This document shows positions 1 to 13,552 of a DNA stretch of 64,000 nt, piece after piece. The notes beneath the pieces are model-generated. The model saw only the letters and a program-made list of their open reading frames with translations, was not told the origin of the DNA and did not search any database. Origin of the DNA: Kudoa neothunni (Eukaryota; Animalia; Cnidaria); assembly GCA_964304625.1 (NCBI GenBank), contig OZ199840.1, positions 3,151,189-3,215,188 on the forward strand, written 5' to 3'. How positions within the stretch are numbered: the first letter of the stretch is position 1; every line of letters begins with the position of its first letter. The position numbers and the translations under genes are program-made.

Positions 1-2413
1 TGTGATTTCTAATGATGCGCGTGCGCCCAAATCGAACGGAACTGCTTGCGCGCCAACTGTTGTTGAGGATTTGATTGGTGTTAATGAGTCTAATGGTGGC
101 AGCGCATTAAGAGACGTTGACGCCTCAAATTCTCCCTCGGCGGTAAACCTCACATCATCAAATTGTGTGTCATCAGTGTCGATGATAAAACCCAAAATTT
201 TCAATGAAAATGTACCTGTGGAAGTGATTAAAAAAATGGGATCACTTGTTAAATTTGCCAGCATCAGCGCTCACTCTCCTAAATTTAATATTGACAACAA
301 ATTAATTGAAAAAAGAGAATTAATTGTGGACGAACTAATATCCACGGAAACCAATTATGTCAAAGTATTAAAGACTGTTATTGAAGTGTTCTACAGACCA
401 TTGGAAAAACTGGTCAAAGCATCAAACAAACCCATAATAGGCTCAAAAGACTTAAAATTTATGTTTTCCGCTTTCCCACATATCTACAATATACACTCCA
501 ACTTTCTCAATGATCTCGTGCTTATGAAGAAACACATGGCTTTCAAACATATTTGTGTGGGAACATTGTTGTTGGATCATATTGAACGTTATCCCAAAGC
601 ATATGCACCATATGTGAACTACTATGACCTTATATACAATTCGATCAAAGAATGGTCGGATAGCAAACCTCGGTTTCATGCCTTTTTGAAGAGTTGCGAA
701 ATGGACCCTCGTTGTCATCGTGAAACCCTTCAACAGTTATTTATACGACCCATTCAACGCTTGCCTAGCACCTTGATGTTGTTGAACCGTAATTAATCTC
801 CTTCGATAAGTAAAGTCTAAACGAATACTAATATTTGTTTAGAAATCGTGGATTTAGTTTTACCAGCCGAACCCGATTACAAATGCCTAATTAAGTCCAT
901 CCAAATTTTGAAAGATATCGTTAAGTCGTTGAATGAAGGGAAACGATTCCTTGAGTCAAAAATGCGCATATTTTCTATTATCAATAATGTGGAAAAATGC
1001 CCCGCCAATATTGTTTCTATTGGACGAGATCTAATACTTAAATTTGAGGCGGTGGAAAAATCATGCTCAAAAATGTTCGCAAAAAATGGCCGCTATCTAG
1101 TTATCTATTTGTTAAACGATGCAGTGGAAATTGCAACCAAAAAACTACTAAAAATTATAAGCAAATCTGTTATCAACTCCGCCAAACAAATTATGAGCAA
1201 TAATTCGATTCAGTCATCGTCAAATAATGTTGATGCTGCCTCTTATATCGAGGAAGTGAACAATGTCCGATCCGATAAAGACAAACCTTTCAAACATTAC
1301 CTATATTTGGAATTGAAAGATATACATTCAATTTACAATATTGTTCCTAACAATAGCAGCTCTGGCAACAATCAAAATTCAAAACCTAAAGATGTTGACT
1401 TCTCGTCTGCAGAACTCACTAGTTATCATCATTCAGCTCCGACCACACCAAGCAGCTCTAATGCGCCTTCTTCTTCGAATAACAGCAGCAATGCTAACCA
1501 CACTTCGTCTGCAAACGCCCAATCCAATATTCTAGGCCTTTTGTATTATGTAGATCGATTCCATTACAACTTTATCTACTTCAAAATACACGGGAAGAAT
1601 GCTTCTGCTGACAAAGATCTATTTATACGCGAGTTGGCAACTAAAATAGCCCAACATCGTAATCTAGAGTCCTATCACCAAGCTATTGTTGAATCATCAC
1701 ACTTAATTTCCACAAAAGATGACCTTGTCTTCGCAACCGATGACAACTCCGCATCCGATATCACCTTCAATGATGACACATCCATGGGTTGTAGCGGATT
1801 CCCACTAAGATGCTCTTCCGGATCCATCTCCACTCATCAAAGTCCTTTCCATGGAATTAACTCCAATATGACCAGACTTAAAGATGTCGTCGGTAGCTCC
1901 AGTCAGAGCATTATTAGCGGCGGAAATATGGTCAAGTTAAAAAAGGCAAAGAAATATAGCGGTGTCAACAACTCTAAAGGATTGTTTTCGAGTAGTGTCA
2001 ACAAAAAGAAAACACTTGAAAGATCCTGTTCAACGTAGATTTTCTGATAACCTGAATGTGCAATGCAATATTTTTGAACATTGGTGTATTGTAGGGCGTG
2101 CTCTTCAAAATATACCAAAAAGAAACATTCCACCAGCGCTACTTCCTTCTGCAACAGCGATCAAGACCGTGAATCCACACAAACCGATGAAAGCTCAACC
2201 ACCAATGAACGTCCTTTCAACAAAAAAAATAAAAAACGCGACTCTATCAATACCTCAAGTCGATTCTCATTCAACTTCGGCTCCTGGAAACGCACTTCCG
2301 GCTTTGGCATTCTTGGCAAAAAAGAACATAAACCAAGACCTTCCATCGGCGATCGTTCAATCCAAAATGAACTCATTACCGACTCAACTGACCATTCTGA
2401 TTCAGGTAGATAA
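1..2413 (+). CDS. ECT2: ECT2/Pebble-like RhoGEF, 5'-partial; exons <1-788, 843-2034, 2095-2413
   Basis: DH domain (ELISTETNYVKVL; KPRFHAFLK...LFIRPIQRLPS) and CPANIVS into the PH domain match ECT2-specific motifs. GT-AG introns 789-842 and 2035-2094 join the three ORFs in frame. BRCT region presumably upstream of the window. Confidence 0.88.
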
Positions 2414-4424
2414 ACTTAACGTTGGTCCATTTATGGTTGATAATATTCGCTTTTGTTTATTTAAATTTATTTAGTGGATACTCTTCGAAATAGAAATAGC
2501 ATTGATGTCACGAGGATTCAGTTTGAAACTCCTCCAAAAAATGTAATCTATCGTTGAATGCTGCTTTTTAAACTAATTTTTTCAAATTTATTAGTTACGG
2601 AACAATTTCGGCGATTCTGGTGAATCCAGAAAATGATTTTTTACGAAAAAATATTCATATTTTAATACTCAGGCCTGACTACTTCACTTCAATGTAATTG
2701 TGAGGGGCTTTTTGCTTTTTTGTCACGTGCTTTTGAAGTGAGGTGCCAACTGTTACCTACTGCTTTAGCTAGACCTTATTTATAATTCGTGGTGGTGATG
2801 GTCTCTAGACGCTCTCTGTTGTATACTGCTGTCTAGCTACTTTGTACAATACTTGTGTCCTTTTAGATTTCTTCCACAATTTTTGCTCTTGTCGTTTATT
2901 GCGTTTACTTAAATTTGAGATTCGCGGAAAATGTTTGATTTTTTTCATTATTCAATGTTATCGCTACTTCTGTGTGGGAAAACGCAGATTTAAATTTTGA
3001 ATAGAATTACTCGTCAGTGCGTAAATGTGTTGGAATCTTCGAGAAGTAGTGAGGGTTAAGATGGTTAAGTTTCGGCGATTTCTAAAACAGTTTTCGGTTT
3101 TGTGAATAATTTTTTCAATTATCTATGTTAAGCCTTTGGCACGCGAAAGATATAGAAAAATGCGATTGAATGAAAACTTAGATGCCCCTTGTTGAAAATG
3201 TTGCATCAATTGATAATAGAAGATAATTTATACTAATTAAAAAATATATTTTTAGGATCGGTTTCGTTTTACCAAAAACCCAACCGATCTTAACTCCTAA
3301 GGGACCAAGTCCAGCTTACTGCGGTCACGTGGGTATATTTTAGTTGCAAAAGCGCCAAAAGTTATTAATTTTATAGTTGATCCCTAATATAATGATATAA
3401 CGCAATATATACAAAATAGAACGGAGACAATGAATACAATTAAATTTACAGAATGATATTTTTTATAATGTTATTATATTTAGGAGTAAAGTTTCTGGTA
3501 GAAACTCTTAGCATTGCATTCAGATTGTAATAAGACATCGATTTTTTCGTGCTTTTATTTATTCTTGAGTTGGAAAACATTTTCGCTTCAAATTTTATCG
3601 TACAAAGAAAAGTTTGGGATAAAAAGACCTGGAGAAATCGATTAGCTATACATAGAGACATATTTATTTACTAAAATAATCGTTTAAATTTAAATCTATC
3701 CGAGCTGAAACTAATCAGATACAGTAGTTAACTTTGTGTAGAAAGGAGCCATTAACAAGTTGAATTCAAAACCTATTATAAATCATGAAATCTTTTAAGC
3801 TAAAGGCTCAGATTTTTAAATTAATTGTGAATTTTCATCATGTGAAAAGTGTGCTAACTTTATAGTGAGAAAAATACGGCGCCATAAAAATTCTGTATAT
3901 TCTTCATATATCAAAAATCCATCATAATTAGATATTAAAGTTATTTTTTGTGACTAATTGTTTCATCAGAATTTAATCCCCGAGAAACTTTCGCAGGTGA
4001 TACACATTTTCAGGCCCCACATTTCAGATGTATTCGTATTTTAAAATCTTCCACAGTCAATCATTTCTGAATTCTAAGAGCCCATAGGTACTTAAAAACA
4101 ATTAACTATTCTCAAAACTAATTTCATTCAATGGATGAAATTTTTCCCGACCAATAGAAACATCTTCATTTATGGCAGTACTTAAAGAAATTAAAAATAT
4201 ACCCAAACTTTAATGTATTCGCGTATAAAATATGGATATTCTATCAAGAATTAGAATTTTATGAAAAATTTTGTATGAATTAAGGATAAAATGCAAATGT
4301 AGTAATAAATGGGAAATTCTGCACTAGAACACATGTGACCTTTCCAACACTAATACTATAAGACTTAAAGCTACAATGAGATTCAATTGAAAAAGTTCAG
4401 AAAATAATAAAATTAAAACAAGAG

Positions 4425-5945
4425 TTATTTTTTTAATTTTTTCAAATTATACAAAAGATTCATGGAGTTTTTGGTGGAACTGGGTTTCGATGAATCGGTC
4501 TGCGGAAGCGATTCACATCCGTTACTGTTGTCATCCTATACAAAGAAATAACATCATAAATATTTAAATAACAAACAAAAATTACAAAACCAGTTCTTGA
4601 TCTTGAGGTGAACATACTGCTGTGGTTAGAAAATTCAGCAAGTGAGCGTTTTAGAGAGTTTGAACTTTTTTCTAGTTGAGCACTGCTCCTGTGGAGAAAT
4701 AGCCCCTATTTTTAGTGTAAATTATTCGGCGGCTAAAAAACCAGCAAAATTTTTAACTACAGATGATTTGGTCTTCTTTAGATAGACATTTTTCCTTAAT
4801 TGCAACTCTTGTTCTAAAAAAGAGAGTCACAATACCATCATGTGGATAAGTAGAATCCCAGTACGTTTAAAGGAATTCGACTTGCCCACAATCGAATTGA
4901 GAAGTGATTTTTTCTTGTTGTTACTACTAAGGAAAGAAGAGACTGAGTCACACTTCATTGAGAGTGATTCTTCTCGATCCACACCGCTCAGAGAACTGGA
5001 GATATTGCGGAAACTGTTGGAGTTGAAAAAAAGTTTTTCTTTCAGTCTTTCATATTCTGAATAATCATTTTCATCATCAACTGGGGTCGATTTTTTATGT
5101 TTGGATTTGACTTTTCTGTTGCCGTGTGTGTGGTTTTGGCTCTGCGTATATTTATCCATATCAGAAAAATAAGTTATTTTCTGGTCGTCCTCTTCAACCA
5201 ACGCAACACTACGTTGACTAGATCGATTGTCATCCTCGGCCAAATAAAGTTTATCATTTGAATCGGGGATAAGTTTGGTAAAATCCAACATTTCAGAGGC
5301 ACAGTTAGGGGAAGTTTTTTGATTGTCATAATTTTCAAAAGGTGCGAAACAAGCGTTCTCATTATTGAACAATATATCAACTCCGTTTTCAGTGTTTGGC
5401 TGAGGTGAAGTGGCAGTGCCAGATGATACCAGATTTCCCGTAAATACTCCGGAACAAAAGTGGCGCAATTGTGACAATTGGTTTGTATTGTCACTGTTAT
5501 TTTCTTCGGAAAGGAGACCTTTCAGATTTACTGGTTTGCTGTCGGTAGTGCCACTTGATTCGGCGCAAAATGATGGTATTTCGAATAAGTTCTGCGAATT
5601 TTCATCACCAACCATCAAATTATTAGATGATTGGTCATCCGACAACTTTTTTATTGTATCACCTTCACTTGGTATGGTTGGTTCATCATTAGAAGCAATC
5701 GCAGTGTCAACGGTTTTCCAACGTTGTACTATCTCTTTAATACGATTTGCTTTTTGAGCTGAAACTTTTTTAAAAATGTTTGCTTTAAAAGAGGATCGGT
5801 TCATTGTTGGAGGTGGTCTTTTATTTTTTGAGAGCTTTTTCAATAAATGGCTGTAGGTAGGGTTGGATGAAGCCAAATCATTCTTGCTTCCCTCGATAAC
5901 AAGTTGAGTTTTGGAATTAATACGGAAATTGGATTTATCTAGCAT
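4425..5945 (-). CDS. CLSPN: Claspin-like checkpoint mediator, shortened (~4 exons)
   Basis: 372-aa first ORF contains QLRHFCSGVF, resembling the Chk1-binding motif ExxxLC(S/T)GxF. Three short GT-AG introns extend the frame through ...KKTKSSGLFLHRSSAQLEK... to ...NLLYNLKKLKK*. Confidence 0.5.
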
Positions 5946-7990
5946 TAATTTAATCGTGTTAGTATGCCAGTAATAATCTCGAATTACTTGAGGACGACAT
6001 AACTATCTCTCAGGAAAGTGCGTGGAGTTATGTCACACCGATCACTAATCTAAGCGGTATATAATGACGCGGTATGAGAATGTGCAGTATTAGCGCATAA
6101 TCAAAAATCTGGCGGTTGCGGCCGGCAATTTATTTTCTCGGCGAAATGAACGAACGAGAATTAAATTTCAGTACTTTTTGTTTTTTATTTAAACATAACA
6201 AAAATAAATTATCTGACTATGTTATCATAGATTACCATCATCAGTTGTTTTATTATTTGATGCTGCTTACGCATCGTAATGGGTATATATGATCCCTTCG
6301 TTTATTGGATATTAATTAGGAATTTAAACAAATATCTCATGGGTTCGAGTTAAAAATTAGGATAGCTATTTAATCTGAGTACTATCCTTAGTTTCAAAGT
6401 TAAGAAATATTCCCAATCATATTGAGGTTATTTCATTACATTGCCATTTAGTTCGTGTAATGTATGTAATTAATTTTAATTCTAGCTGAATAGATTACGA
6501 TAGACAAATTAATCTTTTGATCATGTTTTCGTGTTAAAAGTTAGTAAAAACTGTTGAAAATGGGTCGTCTAGGTGTTAAAAATATTTTTTTAGTGACTAG
6601 AGCGTCCAAAGCCTGAGATTTTTCCAATATTTAGTGTTTTTGCTGTCAACCTTGGGTTCTCTGTTGTTCTTTCATTCATATACAAAATCAGGGTTGTATT
6701 GAATGATGAGTTATTTTATGAATGAGAATAAAATATTAAATTAAAAGAAGTAAAAAATATGTATGGTTTGATTATTACTTCGAAATAAAAAGTGTATAAT
6801 ACATCGAATGTATCTAATATTCGAGGAGGAGCACGTTTTTCCCGAGAGTTGTCTCGGTATTTTGTTTTTATGCATTAGTTATCAATATATTTTTATTATA
6901 TTAGGTATTTTATCATATTTCATGAATTATATAACCATTATGGCGCATTATTCTGTCAATGTTGAAAGAATGTTCTTTTTTATAAATGTCATAAAATAAA
7001 ATAAACCAATTCGTTGGCAGTGAAAACTTTAAAATGTAAAAAAATTTTAAAGCAGTTAATTAGGTGAAATAATAATATGTTCACAACATGATAATCCACA
7101 AATAACTTGTTGTGAGAAGTGAGGTATGATGTTATGAATCTAAGATACGTTATGCGCTTAAAATATAAGAGCGAATCTTTGAAACAAGAGTAAGGATAAG
7201 AGTCTGATCATAGGTAAATGATGTAGTCTAGATACAAGAGTTAAATACTCTCTTACTTTTTTGAATATTATGATACTTTTTAATTATTGGGGTTTTTTCA
7301 CAAATCATATTGAGCGCCCTGTACTAGACTCCAATGACTCTTTGTGCACCAATTATTTCATATATGGATAATAAACTATTTTATAGCTATATAAAATTTA
7401 TATTAGAAATATGGCATTATATTCTATATTTCGAATTAATATTGTCAAATAATTAATAAGTGTGACACAATGTTACTGAATATAAAAAATTTCGATATTT
7501 TTTAAATCTATGATGAACTAGTAGTGTAAGTTAAAAAAGATTTAAGCCTTTAATATACATTTCGAAGGATGATACTATTACAAAAATCGCTAATTCACTT
7601 TTAATTGTTTACATAATAAATATCGGAATCAGAAATAAGGAATTTTCCGGTTGCCAATATCAATAAGCAGCTTAAAAGTACCTGAATAATATTGATGCTG
7701 GTTTACTTCGGAGTGATAGCCAATTAAAATGAATTGTTACTCATTATATAGAAAAAGAGTATCTTAATTATGGTATAGAATGTTCAAAAAATTTTACATA
7801 TGCCTGTTCGGAGTAATTTTAAGACAAATAAAACTATTAACGTCACATTTACAAGAGTTGTTGCATGCCCCTTAAAATTTTAAGCATAACTAAATCAATT
7901 AGAATGTATTTTTAATTTTCTATCGTTATAGATATAGTTAAGCGAAAGAGATTATGATTATTTTAAATAAAACACATAATTGGGGTCCCT

Positions 7991-8425
7991 ATACGTATTC
8001 TCAAAACTGTGTAAGATGTGCGGCGTAGAGTTTTCAAATAATTAAATTTTTGTGATAACTTCTTAAATGAAAGCTATGCTCCATTGGAATTCCTGAGATG
8101 TGAAAATTTCTTTTTATCAAATATATCGATTGATATTGAAACTATACTCGTCTTTTCTATAAGTTTTTACTCATTTTTTGGTTTTCCTAAACTTTCTAGC
8201 AAAACAGCTGGCATAATTAATTCGACAAATTTCTATATTTGACGGGATAATTTTGAAAATAATGTTTAAATTCTTAATAACTTAATTATTCCTTACCTCC
8301 AGACCTTAAGGTTAATATTCAAATCAATATATAATTTTCTTTTCGCTATAAATAATTCATTATGATATAAAAGCTGCATTAAAATATGCGACGCCGCATT
8401 CTATACGTAGTTTAAGAATTTATAT
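7991..8425. mobile_element. MITE-like element with imperfect terminal inverted repeats
   Basis: atacgtattctcaaaactgtgtaagatgtgcggcgt (~7991) versus the reverse complement of acgccgcattctatacgtagtttaagaatttata (~8390-8425). Confidence 0.45.
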
Positions 8426-9255
8426 TCGCGATTACTCTTGCACAAAACACAGTCCCCTCTCAATACGCGCCATGTAAGTTAATAAAAAATTATTGGTTTA
8501 TTCGATCTAACCGATATTTTCACAAAGTTTTCGTTAATCTAAGAATAATTCAATACGAATACAAAAAAATTTTTAGGGCAATCAAACAATACGTATATTT
8601 TTGATTTAATCGTATTTTGTTGATTAAATGCGTATATTTTTGAACCCGTAAGTATTTTTGATAAAAAGCAAGGTTATATTTATGTAAAAATCGAATAATT
8701 ATGTTAAAATAGTGAATACATAAGTTACCATTCACAGATTATTAAAACCTCATTAACATCCTTTATAAAATTGCAAAAAGGAGTAAAAACTAATATTTTT
8801 ATTTATGACGCATTTTAGGTTTATTTTATTTTTTTATCGTTTGTAGACCAATAATAAATTTTATAACTAGAAGGATTAATTTTAATCTCAAAATTTTTAA
8901 TAGAACTTAAAGTTTTATTTAAGTTACTTAATGATTCTGTTTAGTGAATAAATGAACTTTAATCGTCAATTAAACTGCTCATAAAATTAGGGTCATTATA
9001 TTTTTAGTCAATAATTATTAAAATAAATTAAACATACTCATTAATTTTCCTCAATACCTCTATTTATATTTAAATGTAAAGTGTGCGCATAATTTTGTTT
9101 TTCTAAATTACCACATTGCAAAAATAATAGGTTTTAAAATGCAATAATTACAACAGTAAAATAAAATTTACAGGGTTTACTTTCTACTTAGATTAAATCT
9201 TACGTAGAATTTCTCCATTCAAAAATAAAACTAAAGGTTTAAATTTTCCATCGCA

Positions 9256-9288
9256 TAATGCCAGGCAAAGCTGGGCATTAGCGCTAGT
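9256..9288 (+). mobile_element. Helitron-like 3' terminus
   Basis: Hairpin TAATGCCAG..CTGGGCATTA followed by GCGCTAG|T; the same GCGCTAGT end recurs at ~21544 and ~32131. Confidence 0.55.
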
Positions 9289-9459
9289 AATTTTCTAATT
9301 TTTTTAATAACATATTTTGAAGTTATTGACGCATATTATTTTAAAGTATGCGTGAAATTTCAAACAGAGATCGAAAAAGAGCGAGGGATAATATGTGCTC
9401 CAATCAAGATTGGTTAAAAGTAGGTTCTAAATATTGGCTTGATCGATAGGCTAAGGACA

Positions 9460-9585
9460 GAAATTTCTGCTACTGCAAATGTTGAACGAATTTATTCATT
9501 AATGAACACTGGAAAAACCAAACTAACTTATTAAAGATTAAAACTGCAAAATGTAAACTTACCGCAAAGCAGTTGATCAGAAGAA
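9460..9585 (+). pseudogene. hAT transposase C-terminal dimerisation-domain remnant
   Basis: Translates as ISATANVERIYSLMNTGKTK, matching the hAT S-x-x-x-ER-x-FS-x-M-x-x-x-KTK pattern; stops and frameshifts around it. Confidence 0.55.
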
Positions 9586-10126
9586 ATAATAACATGTGTT
9601 TGCCGTCACCACCACCAACAAATAAATTAATACATGATGTGAGTAGCGGTGTCGTGAGCCAGTGATACCTTGAGCGCTTGAAAAATTGATCAATCATCCT
9701 AACTGAGGGTTGTGAAGATGATGAAGATGATTCAATTGACGCAAATAATTATAAAACGCGTTTTAAAACATTTTTTTGTTATTTTAATAATGCAATTGTG
9801 TTTTCTTTGCGACCTTGGGTTTATTCCGATGGTCTCATTGGACGCCCTGCCACCACCGTACGACATATACAATGTAGCTTATATACCAATGAAATATTTA
9901 AAAAAATAATAATTCTAGGTTATATTTATTAATAAATTTTTTTTAAACGTAGGTTAAGCGTTCAGTTCTTATATAAATTTGTACTATATTTGAAAATATT
10001 GCTGTATGTATATAGAACAAAAATTAATTACCAAATATTTAAAAAAATAGGTTACACATCTTTAGATGCCTAAAACTACCATAATTATATACCGATTATC
10101 CATTAAGTCTCCATATTCTTAGTTAA

Positions 10127-10990
10127 CCCTTTAAGCTAGCGAAAAATTCCATCCTTTAACGGAATTGGAGTGAAAACACCCCTGGCTTTTTTGCTTCGAT
10201 TTACTCTAAAATAAATTTTGAATTTATTTACATCTATTTCCCAACTTAATCTGGTTCGTTATGGTTCGGTTCAAAAATCGTGGATTATTTTCACCGAATA
10301 ATAAGGCTTTGCGTTAAGTAGTATAAAAAACAAGTTATTATCCAACTCACCACTAAGGGAGTGGAAATCATCAAAAAATTAACTGAAAACACACATCTTA
10401 ATTCATCTATCAGAATGATCCAACTAGTCCAAGTTTGCTCAAATAATCTCATGTTTCTACATTATCCAAATTAGCGCATAGTTAAAATAAAATCTCCGAT
10501 GAAGTATGCATCAACATTATAATTCAAAAACAAACTTTTTAGCTATTAAAACCCAATATATGCGACAAAATCGATGTTTCTCCGTCCATTTGATAGGAAA
10601 ACCTCAATATTATACCAACGGAAACTTTCGAGTGATCGACGAAGAATGCCGCATTGGATTAGGTGGGATACTAATTTCAGATTTTCGTGGAAATTTGTGG
10701 ATAGAATTTTACAGGAGTTTCTCATTTAATTATTCATAATTTTTCAAGTTAATATAATAAAAAAACCCTGTGGCGTTTTCACCCCAAGTCCGTTAGAGGA
10801 TGGAATTTTTTTGAGCATGATTTGAACTTATATTTATGCCAAGTTTTTGATATGTGGTACGTTTAATAAATATGGGAGAATAGCGTAGATTGTCAACTTT
10901 CTATGAGAAGGTCGTAGAATTTTATATCCAGATTAAATGAGGTTTGGGATGGAATACACCCCAAATCCGTTAGAGTATTAGAAGAGATGC
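10127..10990. mobile_element. Non-autonomous piggyBac-like element
   Basis: TTAA-CCCTTT left end; subterminal aaaattccatcctttaacggaattggagtgaaaac is inverted at ~10775-10812 with a further partial copy at ~10955. Right end approximate. Confidence 0.5.
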
Positions 10991-13552
10991 TAATATTTTA
11001 ATTGTAAGTTGTATAGGTTACAATATTTTTAATTAATAAATAGTAAAAATTGTTTATAAATCAAGTAAACAATTATTTAAATAGAAATTTCCAAAATGCG
11101 CGCGCGTGTGGCATTACTTAGGTTCAATTAACCGGAACCTCGCTATCCAGAAAGACAATTCATGATCCCAAATTCTCCGGATAATCGAGGTCAGACTGTA
11201 TTTAAATTATTCCGGTTATTTATTAAAGAAGTGCGCAGCTGTTTTTAGGAAAGAGTGCATTAAGTTTATGCCGTAGAATGAGATAATTTAAGTAATAAAA
11301 TTTATGAATGATAAGTTTTTATTTAGCTACGTAAATTTTTTATATTAACTTTAATTTTGGTAATTTAAAAAGCCTTTAATTTAATTTATTCTATTTGTTA
11401 ACTGGAATGATCAATGTACTTTTTTCCAATTCTTAAAAGACTTTTCAAAGAAGCATATTCCCAGAGTTAGGAAAAGAGAGAAATGGATGCTAGTTTTTCA
11501 TATTTGAAAAGAGTAGTTAAGCCTCTAATATAGAATTTCTCTAGATGTAATGAATTGCTTGCGTGCGCATCCAAGGAAAATTATATTTTATTTTTAGTAT
11601 GTTGGTTCTACACACACAAACACTCGTTATTAAAGTTTACATGAAAAATTACTTTCACTTTTTATGCTAATTGTATTGTAAGGGTTTATCATATGAGGAT
11701 GTGTTATTCATTTAAAGTGAAACATTATTGTTGTTTGATCTTTATATTTATTGTTTGATTAGAACATCAATAAATTCATTCTATTAACAAAATATATTTA
11801 ATTAAACGTTTTGTGTTCTTATCGTTTGTTTATAAATTCTTTTTCGTTTCAAAATTTGCCAATAAAATTTCATTATACATAGTTAACTTTTTCAAATATA
11901 TCAACTAGTAGCGACACTGTAAAAATGATTCAAATGTTTTCTTAGGTGTAAAATTATGATTTTTAGTTTATATATTTTTTTGAATCATTTCTTTAATTTT
12001 GACAAAAATTTACTGCGTTTTTATCATTAAGAACTTCGATACATTTTTTAAACTAGTTAAAAATTTTATAAATTTTTGTTAATATTTTTAATTTCTATAG
12101 AATAAAATAATAATGAATTAAGTTTCGTTACTAAACTAAAATAAAATAAACACGTACAAATTTTTAAATTCTTTTGAAATCGTAGTGTTCTTATTTAGTG
12201 TAATCGCTGCTATTAGATTATAAGCTATTTGTAACAAATTTTGTATTTGGATTCCTAATTAATTAATGTGTATTTCCCGTAGAAAGGTTAAGTGAATATT
12301 TTATACTCCGTAATGAGCATAAGTTAATACAATTAGAAACACGACTTATAATAAAAATGGTTGTGGTTGCATATGCGCACGCAAATAACGAAAATATAAC
12401 GTCATATTCTTCCTTTTTGTGCAATATCAGGGTTTATAATATAAACTTCTTAATTAGTGAAAAAACAATGTGACCTAGTTTGGATAAAGATTGTCTTACA
12501 AAGTTAATATGTACAAGTTTGAACTTTAGAAAATTACTTTGAAGTCCGATATTCATTCTTGATACTGATAAGGTTCTTTAGTAAATAATTAGCAATTTTA
12601 TGTGATTTCATCTGTGGGATTGTGGCATCAATGTTAGTAAAATAGCTCCGATCAGAAATACATACATTATATTGATTAATTAAGCCAAAATTAAAAATTT
12701 AAGAAAATAAAAAAAAAGTTTTAAAAATTCAATGCTTTTTTTGAAGATAGAATTACCCTTCAAAAAATGGGGAAATAAATTGTTATTAACAATTATTATA
12801 ATATTGAATAATCAATAAGACGCTAAGCATGGGCTTAATATATCACAAACCATTTCACATACCAATGTGATTTATAGGTAGTTTGTGTGAAAGGAAGCTT
12901 TTGAAAAGTTTGCAGTGTTGCGTAATTTTATCTAGAAATATTAAGAAATATTCGAACATTTTACTTAACTTAAATTTAATTACTCTTGAATTAAAATTAC
13001 AAATTTAAAAATAAATAATATTATTATTAATATTGAAATTAATGAATATTAAATGAATAATATCTTAAATAAATTGTGGAATTATAGAAATTCGAAAATT
13101 GGTTATTTCGTCATTGATATCACTCAACTATTCAACATTTTTGTTGTAAAAAACAATGCGAATGTTCAGTGGTGAATATTCAATTCGATAGATTTTCTCT
13201 AGGGAACGTCTGGACATGAATTATTCACAAATAAATCTAGGCATTTTCTCCAACTTAACTTTATCGCTCAAGTGACACATACTGAAACCCCTATATCATA
13301 GCTAATTCAAATGTCTTTATATTAAAACTTTAGAAAAAGTCATCCATGTTATATGTAAATAAAAGTTTAAAAATAATTAATAAGGAAAAACCCCGCTTAT
13401 GTTGTACGCATGCGTATTAGATTCAACACGGACGACCACATTATATTTCAACGTGTTTGCTGCTTTATGAGGAAAATATATTAAATAAATAGCTAAACTT
13501 TATATATAGATAATAGATTATACTTTCTGTAATTTGAATGATCAAATCGATA

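Noticed and set aside
1962-2474. 170-aa ORF overlapping the ECT2 3' end
   Set aside because: Alternative frame; intron 2035-2094 joins ECT2 to the 2081-2413 frame instead.
11135-11200. Tigger-like right end (ccggataatcgaggtcagactg|ta)
   Set aside because: No matching left TIR found, so element bounds cannot be supported.
11420-11560. Possible further hAT C-terminal fragment (FPILKRLF...ASFSYLKRVVK)
   Set aside because: Too degraded, with stops; similarity not sufficient to call.
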